Positions 12,491 through 25,678 of a stretch of 64,000 nucleotides of DNA are shown here, in pieces (the first letter of the stretch is position 1; the number at the start of each line of letters is the position of its first letter). A model generated the notes under the pieces. It was not told the origin of the DNA. It made no database searches and saw only the letters and a list, made by a program, of their open reading frames with translations. A program made the position numbers and the translations under genes. Origin of the DNA: Phoronis australis. Taxonomy: Eukaryota > Animalia > Phoronida. The DNA is taken from NCBI GenBank assembly GCA_002633005.1, contig NMRA01000032.1, forward strand, positions 1,500,672 to 1,564,671. Reading direction: 5' to 3'.

Positions 12491-14683
12491 ACATCGCACA
12501 AAGGCACAACGTCACTCCCTCTGTACATAACTCTTATAATCCTAGTCAATTAGCCTGCATTTTAAACATGTTATGAACAACAAGATGTTTACAAACTGGG
12601 CAAATACTCGTCATATCTGTACAACTCCGTTTATTGTGAATGCATGTTTTCGTTTCCAGATACTACCGTGTATGTAGATTTCAGACGAAGCGTGACCAAT
12701 GAAACTTGTTTAAGTGACAAGAGACGAGGATCAGATGTCATATCTCAAGATGCCTTTTTATTCACTCGCAATTGTTGGAGCATAAATCCAATTTTAGGGT
12801 TGTACAAGCTGATAAAAATCTATTATTTGTTTGTAGTTGTTGAAAGCGTTTCTGTAACAGCTACAATGTGGGTTTGTGTTTTGATACATGTTGGTGGGAA
12901 TACCCTGGAGGTATGATAGATCAATAACAAATTAAATAGCTGATTTGTATCCGCAAAACTGAACGAAACTTACGGGAACAATAAATATTTACGTGTATAG
13001 TTTACGGGGTTCCTGAAAACTGTCTTTTGGCTGACGCAAGGTATAGCCTCAGATACTTAGCGACCTTACTTTTGGCATCTGACAGTATCTGTATTCACTG
13101 GCCGGAAACGGCCTATGTTCTGCTTCATTGGGCACCGCCACTTGGTTAATGGTAATGTTTTGATGTGTTTTACGTGTTCCGGACTAATGTATTTCATTAG
13201 TCTGTTTGGCATTCTGGACTTATCTCCGATTTTCGTAGGTATATCTTGCTTAGGCCAAGGTGTCTTGTCTCCATGGCAGCTGCCATTTGAATCGTTGTCA
13301 GTTTTAAGTAAAATAGGCGTAGCCGGAGAAGAATTGCGGGATTATTTTTTACCGGCTCTCCAAAGTTTGTGTGCTGTGACAACGGTGCCTTACGAGATAA
13401 GTAATTTATTGGCGTTAGTATGTGAATAATTCCAGATACTTAATTTATTGAATAAAATATTATTTTTTTTCCTGAAACCGATTGTCTGAATTTCATTTGC
13501 TAACTAAAGGAAAAGTTCGAAACTTAAAGAACGCTGTCTTGGCAATATGGCCACTACCTTGGGGTATCCCGTCTCGGAACACAATAGGTAGCGTAGATTG
13601 TTTAAATTTTGTGGTCCTCCTAAAACCCCGGGGTCTTGAAATAAAGCAAAACGACACTTCTCGTTTGATTTTTCCGATTATACTGTGGTACGACAAGAGC
13701 TCTTAGATGGTATTTTTGACTCGTCAATACTTTCTTGTTTTATCTTGCTTTGAAGTTACCGGAAGAATGCATTTTTGACCCGCCGCTGGAGCGCTCCATA
13801 TAACTGATTTCCACTATAAATGGACGACCTTGGTGTTGCCCCAACTACCGGATGGCATGATGCCAAGTGCTAAATGAAGAAGGTCTTTTTAGCGATTCCT
13901 AATGAAACACAAACATACTAATGAAAATTGATAACTTTCATGAGGTAACAAATTAACTTCCTTGCAGTAAGTTACGTAACCCTCACCAAGTATGGTGTGA
14001 AAGCCAATGTAGGGAAAGTTCAATAACACTAGACCTCGCTAAAATGCCAGACATCGCGAAATTATGCGAAATTTTACCGTGTATTTAAAATGAGAGCACG
14101 TGACTTTGGCTAGATTTTTCTCGCCGCGAAACCGCTGCTGAACTCTACCCAGGAGAGTTTTACGTGCATGCGAGAATATCGTAAAAAACGCAAGATATCG
14201 CTTTGTATCATAGCGAAGTACGTACACTGCTAGCGCAATTCCTTCGCGTCTACGGAACTCTACCATTGAGACCCAACTTGACCAAGTTTTGATTTAGGCC
14301 ACTTATAGTTCTAAAATTGACCTTATCTCTTTCCTCACCCAGTTTCAATGTGATTTCTGTTATCGGGAAGTGATAAACCTTACTTTTCAGATCACGGTGA
14401 CCTGAAATTTTATTAGCTTGGTCTCAATCTACAACTATTAAGGTCTTTCGGAGCCCTGAAAGCGCCTCTATTTTTGATTCAATTTGAGACGATTTTGGCC
14501 AAAATTAAATCTGGTTTTTTGAGAGAGAGCACGGGTTTCACGGAAGTTGCAAGTACTAACTTAAAATATACAGGACACACAGAAATAACACTCAATTTAG
14601 GTAAACTATGCGTCTATGCAAAGAATAGCTGTCTGCGCCTATTAAAATCGAGTTATATTACACCGCATATGCGCCGCGTATTT

Positions 14684-15110
14684 AGGCCCACGGCGCCAAT
14701 CTCCAAATAATGTATTTTTTTTTCCGTTGTTTCCCATATAGACACAGATCAGTGTCCTTACACGCGCGTCCGTTGCTGTGGATATAGGCGCGCGCATTGT
14801 CCTTGACAAAACTGCAGGCTTGCCAATGCGTTCTATTAGTTTCGCTTGTGAAATTTCACGCTATTAGAAGGAATAGCCGTGATTAACTGTTGCAAATTCT
14901 TTTCAATGATTTCACATACCCGTGAATGATGAGCAAGACTAACAGACTGTCTATAGACTACATTATTAATTGAAGCATATCTGAATAATGTATAACGTCT
15001 AGAAGGGAATGAAAGAAATCAATAACCTTCCGAATAAAAACAGTGAAAATGCCAACAGTTTCCAGCAAAAACGGACTGCGTGTCTTAGAAACGAAATTGG
15101 AATTGGGCCT
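14684..15110. mobile_element. Possible Kolobok-type non-autonomous element
   Basis: Ends AGGCCCA..CCAAT / ATTGG..TGGGCCT, followed by TTAA. The left flank is degenerate. Confidence 0.3.
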
Positions 15111-15954
15111 TTAACACTAATGACGTCGGTCTCCTAATATTCCTTACCCGGGTGATAGGATTCTATTCCCGCTACCAGCAAGAATATAGAAACCATCGGT
15201 GACTAAAGAAAACGCTTCAGAGCAAATTAAAAAATGGCGCATACCTGTGACTTAACTTGCCAAGAAAATCAGCAATAATCACAATAATATAGAAGGTCGG
15301 TTGAGCGCGGTAATATTTCTAAATCCCACTTCGCTTCCGTTAAGAATTTAACATTGCCAGACAAAAAAGGGGCGAAATGGAACTTTTTAAAGCTTTTTAC
15401 AATACGAACGTATACACGCACTAGCGGATCATGTTGTGAACGCCATCTTGAACAAGAAGTGCCTTCTGAACATGTGACAAACCGACTCTTCATTGTTACT
15501 TGAGACCAGTGATCGTCGTACAAAATGACACGCCGTGATAAGCCAGCTTATTGCCGGAGCCTGAACTCGAGCAAAACTATCCTTTTTTTCCAAGTTCAGA
15601 AATCACCTCTAATGACTAAGGAACCATTTGACTGAGACCAAATTCGTGGATCAAACTATTTAAGTTTAATTTTTGACGGAAGGTGGGGAGGCTCTTTGAA
15701 TTCAATGACCATTGCTAACACAAGGGACGCGCCTGACGTATACTCGGTTTAAAGTGATATTGGCTTTAAAGCGGGCTTTAGTTGGCGGCAACTCTTGCCT
15801 GAGGTGTAGGACTATTTCATCAGTTTTCTAATGGCTAAAAAAACAATCCACAACGGGTCCTCAGTGACTTCGAGGCTCGATTTTACACTATGTCTCAGAA
15901 AAGTGAACGGTATATGTTTTTTTAAATGATATAGCAATGCATCGGCTCAAAACA

Positions 15955-16153
15955 AAATTATTGGTTCACATGGCAGAGAGGCCACAGGGCACGGCCCCAC
16001 TTAATGTTCGGAGGGGTTTGCCTGGTCCAAGCACAAGTCGTGAGGTTCGACTCCTCAAAGCCGTTTCATTTCAACCAATGGGAATGACTGGAAAGTTTTG
16101 GCGTCCGTTTCACCACTGTAACTAATGAGAAGCCATGATAAACAACATTCAAC
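15955..16153 (+). mobile_element. Degenerate tRNA-derived SINE
   Basis: B box GGTTCGACTCC near 16045, an upstream A-box-like TGGTTCACATGG, and a 3' tail ATAAACAACATTCAAC. Confidence 0.45.
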
Positions 16154-16471
16154 GGAGCTACCGTTCGTAGCACCGTAAAAGAGTGTAGAGACCGTAGAGA
16201 TTATTGTTACTTGTTGTATTGTTACATATTATATTATGTTGTTACTATTTATTAATTCACTATAACTTTTAAATTATTTACTGTGGCCGCATCCTGACTG
16301 TTGTGGGGAAATGGGAACGCTTTTTTTACGAATTGCGGAACGAAATAACAAAATTTACTGTTCATAAGTAACCTTCATTAATAGTCTGGATGTGTGTATC
16401 CATCTTAACAACAACAAATTAGCTGTCAATCTATCACTTTAATCTAATAGTAATGATCAGAGCCCTAGAAG

Positions 16472-16694
16472 CATGGGCGCATCCAGTGGCAAATTGGGCA
16501 AAAAGGTCTGCCTCAATGAAACAAAAAGCCCGAGCAAACGAGAGAAAAGTCCACAAAGTACACAGAAATTCGGCGCGGATGCGCAATTCGTAGAGTGGTT
16601 CGGGTTTTTTAGCCCCCGTTGATTTTTCTCAGTAGAAGGTCCGCGTACCGAGAAATTCGACCTCCCTCTTTATTTTAGGCTGGGTACGCGCATA
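16472..16694. mobile_element. MITE (copy 2 of the 6134-6399 family)
   Basis: Same ends (CATGGGCGCATCCAG .. GGCTGGGTACGCGCAT) and the same internal sequence AAATTGGGCAAAAA..GCCTCA(G/A)TGAAACAAAAAG. Confidence 0.65.
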
Positions 16695-18292
16695 ATAACG
16701 CATTGCGTTGCTCTTGTTTGCAAATCATTGAGCAGCTCCTGTTATAGTCTGATGCACGCGTATGAGTAGCTAAAATTCACTTATGTGGTAATAGTGGACG
16801 TGAGTTGGACACCAGCCTACTGCAACATTTTTGTGGGTCCACAAAATTTCCCTTGATCTGTCAACAGATTCTCAGGATGAAACTTCACACCGAAGTTTAT
16901 GTCTGGGATGCGCCAGTACCACTTGATTTCCAGACGAATTTAAGTATCGTGTTAGTCCGTTTTTAACAAAACATAGCGTGGCCAACAAGTGTCAAAACGG
17001 CTCAAAAGTGTTTAGCGAAACAGGACATACAGATGTGGCTGAGGTGCGTCGGCCTTGGTCGATTTTCGTGCAATTAGTTTGAGGTGCACATTTCTTTTCT
17101 ATCGTACGTGGCATGGACGTCTGTTACATTATTTTAATCGTATGGCTTCGTAGCCTAATTTACCACAGAAATGCACTTGAAGGAATTGTTCCGTTATTAA
17201 AGGCTCTCTGAGCCTTACAGCCGTCGGCGGGTACTTCAGTAGTATGTCGTTTTTTTAATTTTTGTTTTGAGAAGGGTCTTAAACATCAAATCCAGAAATA
17301 AACGCAACACTTCTTGTTTACTATAAGTACGTGGTTATACTCTATAGTCAGAATGGATCTCATGAGTGTTATTTTGGTTTAATAAGCGGCTTCGTTCTTA
17401 CTTTGAAGTTAGTCACTGATTTTTCACACGGCGCAATTGTAAACTAATGTGCCCTTAGCAAACGACTGATAGTCAACTCAATGAAATTCTGATAAAAACG
17501 ACTTTTCTCCGGTTCGAGAACTGGAGGGTGTCAAAAACATGTCTCCAGATGGACTGTGTATTCAATAGGAATCTAGACTCAGTTCTTAGTGTTTTTTTTG
17601 GGGGGGGGGTGGCGGCATACAATATAGATTTACTGGAGTGCAATCAGGAATTTCGTTGACTACCCCCATATCAGTGGCTACCCATTTCAGATCCCACCTG
17701 TATTGACACGGATCCAGGGGGTCAAGACCCGGCCCACCGCTCGAATGTACTAGGATGTCCGAATTTTTAGGGATGAATTTTCGAAAAAAGGTCTGGATGT
17801 CTGTTTGGATGTTGCAGGGGGGACGTCTTTTTTACATATGTTTTTGTTGGTGCTTCCAGTGAGTTCCTGGCAGGACGTGTATCTGCCCCCCTCCAATCGC
17901 TCATACGTCAGGTCACCACTGATTAGTCAGCTCCAGCTTGAGATGTATTTCCCGTAATTTTTATTGGGCTTTGCTGCCCGAATTTTTTCTCAAATTACTC
18001 GAGTTTTCGTCAGTATTTTTGCAAGACACCGCTCATATTTAGTTACTATCGATATTTTAAACAAAAGACACTCCAAAATTTTAAATTTGACACAATAAAA
18101 TCGTACACGATTGTCACGCCTACTCCCGTACTTTCTCATCGCACACGCTCGCTAAGTGTCACTTCTGTCTATGAAACAATATTGGATGCTGGTAACTCTT
18201 CCTTATATGTTGTTGACTAAATAATTTCATTTTGCTCAGCTGTGAACAGTGTTTCCAAAGAAGCTGTTGGCGGCGCTGCTGTATATCTAAAC

Positions 18293-18573
18293 ATGGCGAC
18301 CCCCATACGTTTCGTGAATCGACTGTTTTATTGTCGAGCATTTTCCGCGCCACTACCCGGTATGCAGACTTTTAAAGTATTCTGCAGCAACGAGTCCACT
18401 CAACGGAAAATTTGCATAGGTGATAGTGCCGAAATGACTCGGGTATTCACAGATGAAGACGTCAAAACATTTGCAAGCTTAGTTTGTGATAACAACCCAA
18501 TTCACACAGACGGGCAATATGCCAAGAGCTCCAGATTTCGAGGACCAGTTGTTCATGGAATACTCGTTACAGG
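18293..18573 (+). CDS. HTD2: Mitochondrial hydroxyacyl-thioester dehydratase type 2 (MaoC/hot-dog fold), exon 1; the remainder was not found in the window
   Basis: ATG in the context AACATGG and an Arg-rich presequence-like N-terminus. It then reads IGDSAEMTRVFTDEDVKTFASLVCDNNPIHTDGQYAKSSRFRGPVVHGILVTG, containing the hydratase-2 motif DxNPIH and VHG. Phase-2 donor GG|GTAATA. Confidence 0.85.
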
Positions 18574-18969
18574 GTAATAGGAATGCACAAAACATGCATT
18601 TGGTCATTCAACCCTCCATCTGGCATATATTTAGATGCCCTCCTTGCGTTTTGTTTTGCCAACCTATAATGGGGCTATTCGGAGAATTCTCCTCGCCGTG
18701 TCGCTGCTGTACTAGTGGTGATTGAATTGCGCATGCGTGGCTGTCTGCATGTAAACAACTGGTAAAAGATGGAATTTTTATCAAAATACGTCGTCGCGCT
18801 AAGCCTTATTACTGCTAATTTCCCTGGTGCAAGTCTTCGAAAAGTGGACACAAATTCCCAAAAGACCTAAGGTTACTATATTCGTGGACAATTGCGGTAA
18901 ACAGGGTCAACTAACTGACATCGGCCTAAACCAGCCTACCATTAGCAGGGCTCTTATGTATACGTGGGA

Positions 18970-19318
18970 CAGTGGCGGATCTAGGATATCACAAGGGGGG
19001 CAACATTTTGTCTGTAAACATTTGCGCAAAGCAGGATTGTAGATGCGCATAGCACCGAATGGGGAGAGGTCTAAAAATCACGCATTTTCCTTGATTCCTG
19101 AAGTATTATCCAAGAAAATAAGGAAAAAAACGAGAACGTATCAAACAGGAAAAACTGATATAACCCCAGACTTGATCTCACCACTGCACCACCACGATTT
19201 CACTCCTAATTTGATACTAAGAGACTTACTTGTTTATGGTCCACAGCGTTTGCGGCAGCCAAGGGGGGGGGGGGGNNNNNNNNNNNNNNNNNNNCCCCCC
19301 CCCCTAAATTCGCCTGTG
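18970..19318. mobile_element. MITE with CAGTGGCGGAT-type ends (contains an N gap)
   Basis: CAGTGGCGGATCTAGG .. CCTAAATTCGCCTGTG, with flanks GTGGGA / GTAGGA. Confidence 0.55.
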
Positions 19319-21754
19319 GTAGGATAAGACTGAGTAAGCTGTTTTGATTACACAACCGCAAAACTGTAGTTCTTTGTGCAAAGTCTTCTTGCTTAAACTG
19401 AGTACTTTTCATCATTTTTTTAGCTCTTTCGATATTTTCAGGATAAATTGCATGAGGTGAGTATGCTTTCGAACACACACACCATCAGGAAGTACAACAA
19501 TGCCCGTTTTCCATCACGGACCCGGCTCCTTTCATAATGTATCACGTACCAGAGATCTATGATTCTGAAATTTATCTCCCTGAATTCGATGACGGGAAGT
19601 GTGTACGGAGTGTTGATTCGAAACTCTGTATCCAAGAATATGTACGATTTACGCTGCTTAATTATGGCCGAACTTGGCCTCACAATAGGCCTACCTAATG
19701 ACCTGGACGAGGCTAAACATTTCTGTATAACCCTCAGAGGCGCATTTTATATATTTGCGACATAAAAAATATCAAATGTTCGGAACACAACTATTGCGAA
19801 CGAACTTCACAGATCATTTTTACAAAACTCTTACTATATCGTAGTAGGCTACATGTAGGACCTGTGTTCTCTGATCATGTATTTTCCATTTTGTGTGTGA
19901 TAGCCTCAAACGTGTTAGGAAACTGAATTTAATACATCTTTTGTAAATTGTAAAAGGTTGGACGAATTCTGTCTTTGACTTGGCTCTCCGCCTTTAAGAT
20001 GTCTTGAAACACCATGTAACACTGCACCACCGTTATTTCAGTCATTGTTTGATTGGAAATACATGTACATGTTAGTGTTTCTAGGAGTCCACAAAATACT
20101 CACACTTAACGCAACGCGGTAGTTTTAATTCAGTTCCCCACCACCATCGTTAATAATTTAACATTTAGCCATTGTGGTGAATACTTCTGGCTACGCTAAT
20201 GCAAATAAAGAAAATGCATTTGTTACTGTTTGAAATCAGTACATTTTTGAGGCACGTTGCTGAATGTTTGAACCTTCAGCTTGACGCAATTACCGCTGCG
20301 AGATATTTTAAAATGTGGCTCGCCTAATTTACAAAATTTTCATCATAAAGGCGACAGATTTCTTTATTCTTGTTCCGAAATTTTTGGTCAAAAAACTGAA
20401 ATGGCTTCGATGTTGAAAAGGAAGAGAAAACCTACCACAATCGTCCAACGCGACGCTACTGCTCCATAAACATCCAGTTCCAATGTCTTGAAAATTTTAA
20501 TCACGTGCTCGGATGGTCTACGGAATATTTTTGCCATCAGTTCTTGACCATCAAGGGTTTGTTTTGACATGAACTCTTTCAGTTTATGTTGACGGCAATG
20601 ATTGGGACACGGCCAGTTCGAAATGACGAACAATTCAGTTCAAAGTTATAATTCTAGCTTGAAGTGTGTTCTAAGTTGACTTGATCTAATAAGCGCTACT
20701 CAGGACATTGCAATGTGTCTGTCTGATGTTTGCAACCCGTACATTCGAAATATTTAACAAAACGACCATAAAAGATAAATGTTCAAGGATACAATGACTC
20801 TTCCGACTCATGCATAAAGTTTGTTAACTGTAGCAAATAGTCAAATGAAAGCAGAAACATAAAAATCTTTATTTATTTTAAACAGATAAACGTTTATATA
20901 CGTCAAATACAGATAAAAACCGCACTATACATACATCATACCATGCATGAGGAATCGCGAGAGCAACAGACTTCCATTAAGGGGAAGCCCATTTCCCAAT
21001 AGCTGAAGTTTGAATTCAGGATGTTCGAATCCCTGAACTGGGAATAGCTATCGTACTTACATCCGAAGCAATGGTCTGATGTCCATTGCACATTAAAAAG
21101 GTCTCCATCAAATGTATTATTTTACCTATGAGCCATTGGATTATATCCAGGATTTGCCAACTTCGGATGATTCAACATGTATGATCACTAGGTTGAAAAG
21201 ATGTAGTTTAACAGAACAAGTTTTATTTTACGTAAATCTGCTTGGTCCCCTTTCATCATTCATAACACCCTGCTTGGTCACCTTTCATCATTCATAACAC
21301 CCTTTGTCAAAGCGCCCGCCCATGTGTTGTGAGCTAGCATACAGCAGGTGGTAATATGTCCAAGAAGAAGTGTGAAATCATATCTCAGAGCTAACATCTT
21401 ACAAAATGCATAAAGGTAGTTTCTTATCCATCATATTCAATGTTTTGAAACACAATTTTAAATTGTAATATCCTTAGTTTTGCTTAGACAGTTTCACAGT
21501 TTTCAGACACCGAGTTTATAAGTCTTGGACATGTAACAATCACATTAAGGCTTTTCATTCTGCAACTGAGAACCTTAGTAGCTGCCTGAACAGAGACACA
21601 CTAATTTGTAAACACTCTTTGCAGTTGGCACAATACTTATTTAGAAGAGGGAAAGTTAAATTAACACAGCAAGTACATTCTCGTCATGCAAATCTTTCAT
21701 AAAAAGTCACACGTCTGTCATGAAGGATCACGTACAAAGTCCTACATCCACCAT

Positions 21755-22330
21755 TTCAAGCCACATACTCACCGGGGCGTTTCAAGCCTCATTCACACTA
21801 GGGCGTTTCAAGCCTCATTCACACTAGGGCATTTCAAGCCTCATTCACACTAGGGCATTTCGAGCTTCACGAGTTTCACACTATCTCAGGATATTTCAAG
21901 CACACTGGAATATCTCAAGCATCACCCACACTAAAATATTTAAAAAATCAACAATTTCATACTGATCTTCACGCTTCACACAAACAAAATATACATATAG
22001 AGCTTGGCTGTAGACCAAACGCCAGTCTCAACCTGAGACTCTAAAATATTTCAAACTTCAAAAGTTTCATACTAATTTCCACACTTCACATCTATAAAAA
22101 AACTTCAAAAGTTTCATACTTATTTTCACACTTGTTCACACAAACAAACAATACATAAAGCTTGGCTGTGGACAAAACGCCAGTCTCATTCTGAGACACT
22201 AAAATATTTCAAACTTCAAAAGTTTCATTCTTATTTCCACACTTCACACCTATGTTTCAAACTTCAAAAGTTTCATACTTATTTCCACACTTCACACCTA
22301 TAAACAATGCATAAAGCTTCTAGACCTAAT
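21755..22330. repeat. Tandem repeat cluster: a 26-bp unit followed by longer degenerate units
   Basis: TTTCAAGCCTCATTCACACTAGGGC(G/A) occurs three or more times (21780, 21806, 21832). TTCAAACTTCAAAAGTTTCATACTTATTTCCACACTTCACA-like units are repeated at 22050-22300. Confidence 0.8.
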
Positions 22331-23234
22331 GCCAGTCTCATCCTGTGAAAATATTGCAAGGTGGCAACTTCACCTTTTCAGCATATGTAGATGTATCATC
22401 AAGCATGTGATATTAAAAAAATAAGTCCCTGCATTTACAGTTTCAAATATTGTAACATCTCACATTATTTGTTGATCAGTAGTGGTATTGTACGCAGCTT
22501 CTGCCGAATCACAAGCTCGGAAACTGAAAAGTTTCTTAACTATTTCATTACACCCACCTCCATATGTTGTGGGTCGATGAATGCTGCATACATTGTCAAA
22601 CAGTAAATTCGATGTGTTCCAGGGGCAGGAATCAAAGTCTGAGGGCAATGAGTGTAACGTGTATCTGAGCGCCAACAAAGCAATAACATCATCTAGTGTA
22701 GGTCCACCAAGCCAATTCCAGAATATTGGGACGTGTAACAAAATCTTAATTACCTCACAGCTGGCTAACATTTTTTCTGAATCTTGTGTAATCGTGTTTG
22801 TCCATCACATGACCACTGTTTCAAGTGGTCGCTTTAGAATTTCCCCTCCCTTTTCCAGAAATCACAAAACAAAAGTGATATGATATGGCGCAGGCTGCAA
22901 ATTTCCCTCTGCACACGTCATCACACTTATGTTGTGTGCAAACCTTCAAAGACACATATGATGTCTGAAAAGTTGGGAAAAACTTATAGTTCCTGTTAAA
23001 CCACATAAGTCATGATTTCTTATTGAAAACATAGGATGTATATCTCAATGACATGTAACTATTCATCATATTTTGTCTAACACAATTTTCCACCAAGTGT
23101 ATGTCTGGTTGGATCTCACAGAAAGCAATGCTTGACAGCTTGGTGCGGTAAACCATCTCAAACTTGGGTCTCAGTGGGGAAGTGCAGGCAATCTTACTCT
23201 AAATAATAGCATAAGTTACTTGACTGTACCTGGA

Positions 23235-23545
23235 TTGTCAAGGTTAGACTACATACATCAGGAGATACACACTGATACATAATTTTAACTGTACATGGTC
23301 AGACTATGAACTTCCGGAGATACACACTGATACAAAATTGTAACTGTACATGGTCAGACTATGAACTTCCTGAGATACACACTGATACATAATTTTAACT
23401 GTACATGGTCAGACTATGAACTTCCGGAGATACACACCGATACATAATTTTAATTGTACAAGGACAGACTACGTACACCTGGAGAGATACACAACGACAC
23501 ATAATTATAACTGTACAAGGTTAGAGTATGTACACCCTGAGATAA
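23235..23545. repeat. 55-bp minisatellite (~5.5 copies)
   Basis: The GGAGATACACACTGATACATAATTTTAACTGTACATGGTCAGACTATGAACTTCC unit recurs at 23261, 23316, 23371 and 23426. Confidence 0.9.
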
Positions 23546-23715
23546 ACATAGATTATTACATGGCGAAGTCGTTATCCCCCATTATCTAGAGCCCGAGTGG
23601 ATTTTGGAGAATTATGGCCTGAGGGGCGTTAGCTCCGAGGGTGATAATTCTCCAAAATCCACTCGGGCTCTAGATAAGGGGTATAACGACTGAGATCATG
23701 TAATAATCTATTTAT
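23542..23715. repeat. Long palindrome / hairpin element
   Basis: Arms ATAGATTATTACATG..GTCGTTAT..TTATCTAGAGCCCGAGTGGATTTTGGAGAATTAT and its reverse complement surround a short spacer. Confidence 0.85.
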
Positions 23716-24131
23716 ACCACATACTGAACGAGTAACATTGCAATGAATCGATCTACCTATCTCGACTCGCCTCGGCTTTGTAACTACTTTCCACGTAAGA
23801 GGCCCGGGGTCAGAGGTCGTGACCTTTTAAGAAAAGCCTAGCTATTTTTGTCAAATAATGCTTTTACTCAAAACCAATTGAAAATTTAAACAGAATAGAA
23901 ATAAAGTGAATCTAGAAATTAAGGTTTAGCAACTATTATAGCTTACTACACATTTTATCCAGAGAATGCAAGACATTTACATTATATAGTCTTTTATACT
24001 GTTGTCCAGTTATTTAAACCTGTCCCTCACTGACACAAGTTTATATCCCCAAAGTACACACTAACAGATACAAACACACCACCCATAACGAAGCAGTCAA
24101 CTGTCAGTCACCATTGAGACTTTCACAACCG

Positions 24132-24321
24132 TTATGGATTCACTTTAAGTTCTTCTGCTATTCTTTTAGCCAGTGTTTCTACCATCTCCTTGATCTTGAT
24201 CAGATCGTGGATGTGTAACAGGTCGATTAACTCAGTGTAATTCCCCACTTTAATAACACCATGCTCCTCCAGCTGCACGAGCAGTTGCCAAGTGTCTTTA
24301 ATACCTTTCAGGGGTTTAGGC
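24132..24321 (-). CDS. Roco gene terminal exon: C-terminal half of a death effector domain
   Basis: ttttacag|G CCT.. PKPLKGIKDTWQLLVQLEEHGVIKVGNYTELIDLLHIHDLIKIKEMVETLAKRIAEELKVNP*. Matches the DED pattern L..I....L...LE..G.I...N...L..LL. The phase-2 acceptor matches the phase-2 donor at 35295. Confidence 0.8.
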
Positions 24322-25678
24322 CTGTAAAACACCAGTAAGACTTCAAAGACCACGAGAAAACACCTAGATGGAGCAAAATGTTGAAATGTATCAACCATGC
24401 TATCCTTCAAAGGCTTTATTGGTTTCATAAAAATGGGTGCTGCAGAATACATGGAATCTGTCCAAACATATTTTAATAAAAAGCCTTGCCATCTCCCCAA
24501 TAGGAACCTATTTGCCACATTTGATGAAAGTCTGTCTAGTAACTCCAAAGATTCGGAGGCAAGTATAAAAAATAATTGCATCAACAAGCAGATCTGTCTG
24601 AACGAAAATGCAGTCTGCTGCCACTTCTATTGGAATACACTTATCAAATAAAAAAATCCTGTAAAGGGCTTACATGGATGCAAAATCATTAACACTGTTG
24701 CAACAGTCCGACCAGTTGAACAAGAGCAACGCGGAGCGTTGAAATGCGCCTACGAATGCAGCGCAAAGGGGGTGCTTCTAGGGTCATTTATTTGTTTCAT
24801 AAAATGGCCACTAGATGGCACAAAAATGTCCAATCCATTCGAAAACAGGAATATGACATCACTTCTTTAATGGAAAGCTACTTACCAAATTTCATGCAAA
24901 TCTGTCAAAGAATTTCAGAGAAACTAAGGAAAATGAGAAAAAAAATGAAATTGCCTCAAGGGGGCACAGCATTTGTTGGATCTGCCTGAAAGCAGTCATT
25001 GTCTGTTGTTCGCTTTACTTAAAAACACTTACTAAATTTAAAAAAGATCCTACAGAGGGTTTAGAAGATACAGCTATGGGTCCACAAAAAACAAAACAAT
25101 CACTAGCAGAAGCCAAAGTGGTTGAAGTCTTCATCGTCAACCGTCCTTTTCACACTGAGAATGCCAATTTTCAAAATCATCATTTGAATGGTTTGGTTGA
25201 AAGAGGGTGAATGCCAAATAACAGCAAAAATGACCATTAGGTTGCGCAAAAATACCTTGATTCCATCCAAAAAACGGAAGGATTAGCGTCATCTCACCAA
25301 AACGAAAATTCATTGAGGACCTTTGAAGATACAGAAGTAACTATAAAACCTACAATTGCCACTATGAGGCACAACGGTAGTCAGATCCGAAAGCGGTCGT
25401 CGTCCGTTTTCAACATCATAAATACACTTGCTAAATTTAGTAAAGATCCTGCATGCGGTTACAACCATGGGCGCAAAAAAACTACCACTAGGAGGCGCCA
25501 CAGTAGTCAGACGTCGGAAAATCATCATGAGCTGTCCTCTTCACAGTAAGAACACACATGCCCATTTTCACAATCATCCTTAGAGCGGTTTGGTTGATAG
25601 AGGGGTGGACGTCAAAAAACATTCGAAAACAGTAGAACTAGACACAAGGTGGCGCAAACTACACCGAATCCCCATTTT

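Noticed and set aside
20280-23170. Patchy minus-strand ORF-like stretches (20388-20633, 22460-22771 and others)
   Set aside because: No recognisable motifs, many stops and no consistent splice phases. They may be a decayed gene or TE, but this cannot be supported without a search.
12050-23545. Tandem arrays as CRISPR-like loci
   Set aside because: The units are contiguous with no unique spacers, there are no cas genes, and the context is eukaryotic.
24322-24587. N-terminal part of the 151-aa minus-strand ORF
   Set aside because: It lies upstream of a strong acceptor at 24321 and has no domain similarity. The DED N-half is supplied by exon 35295-35406.
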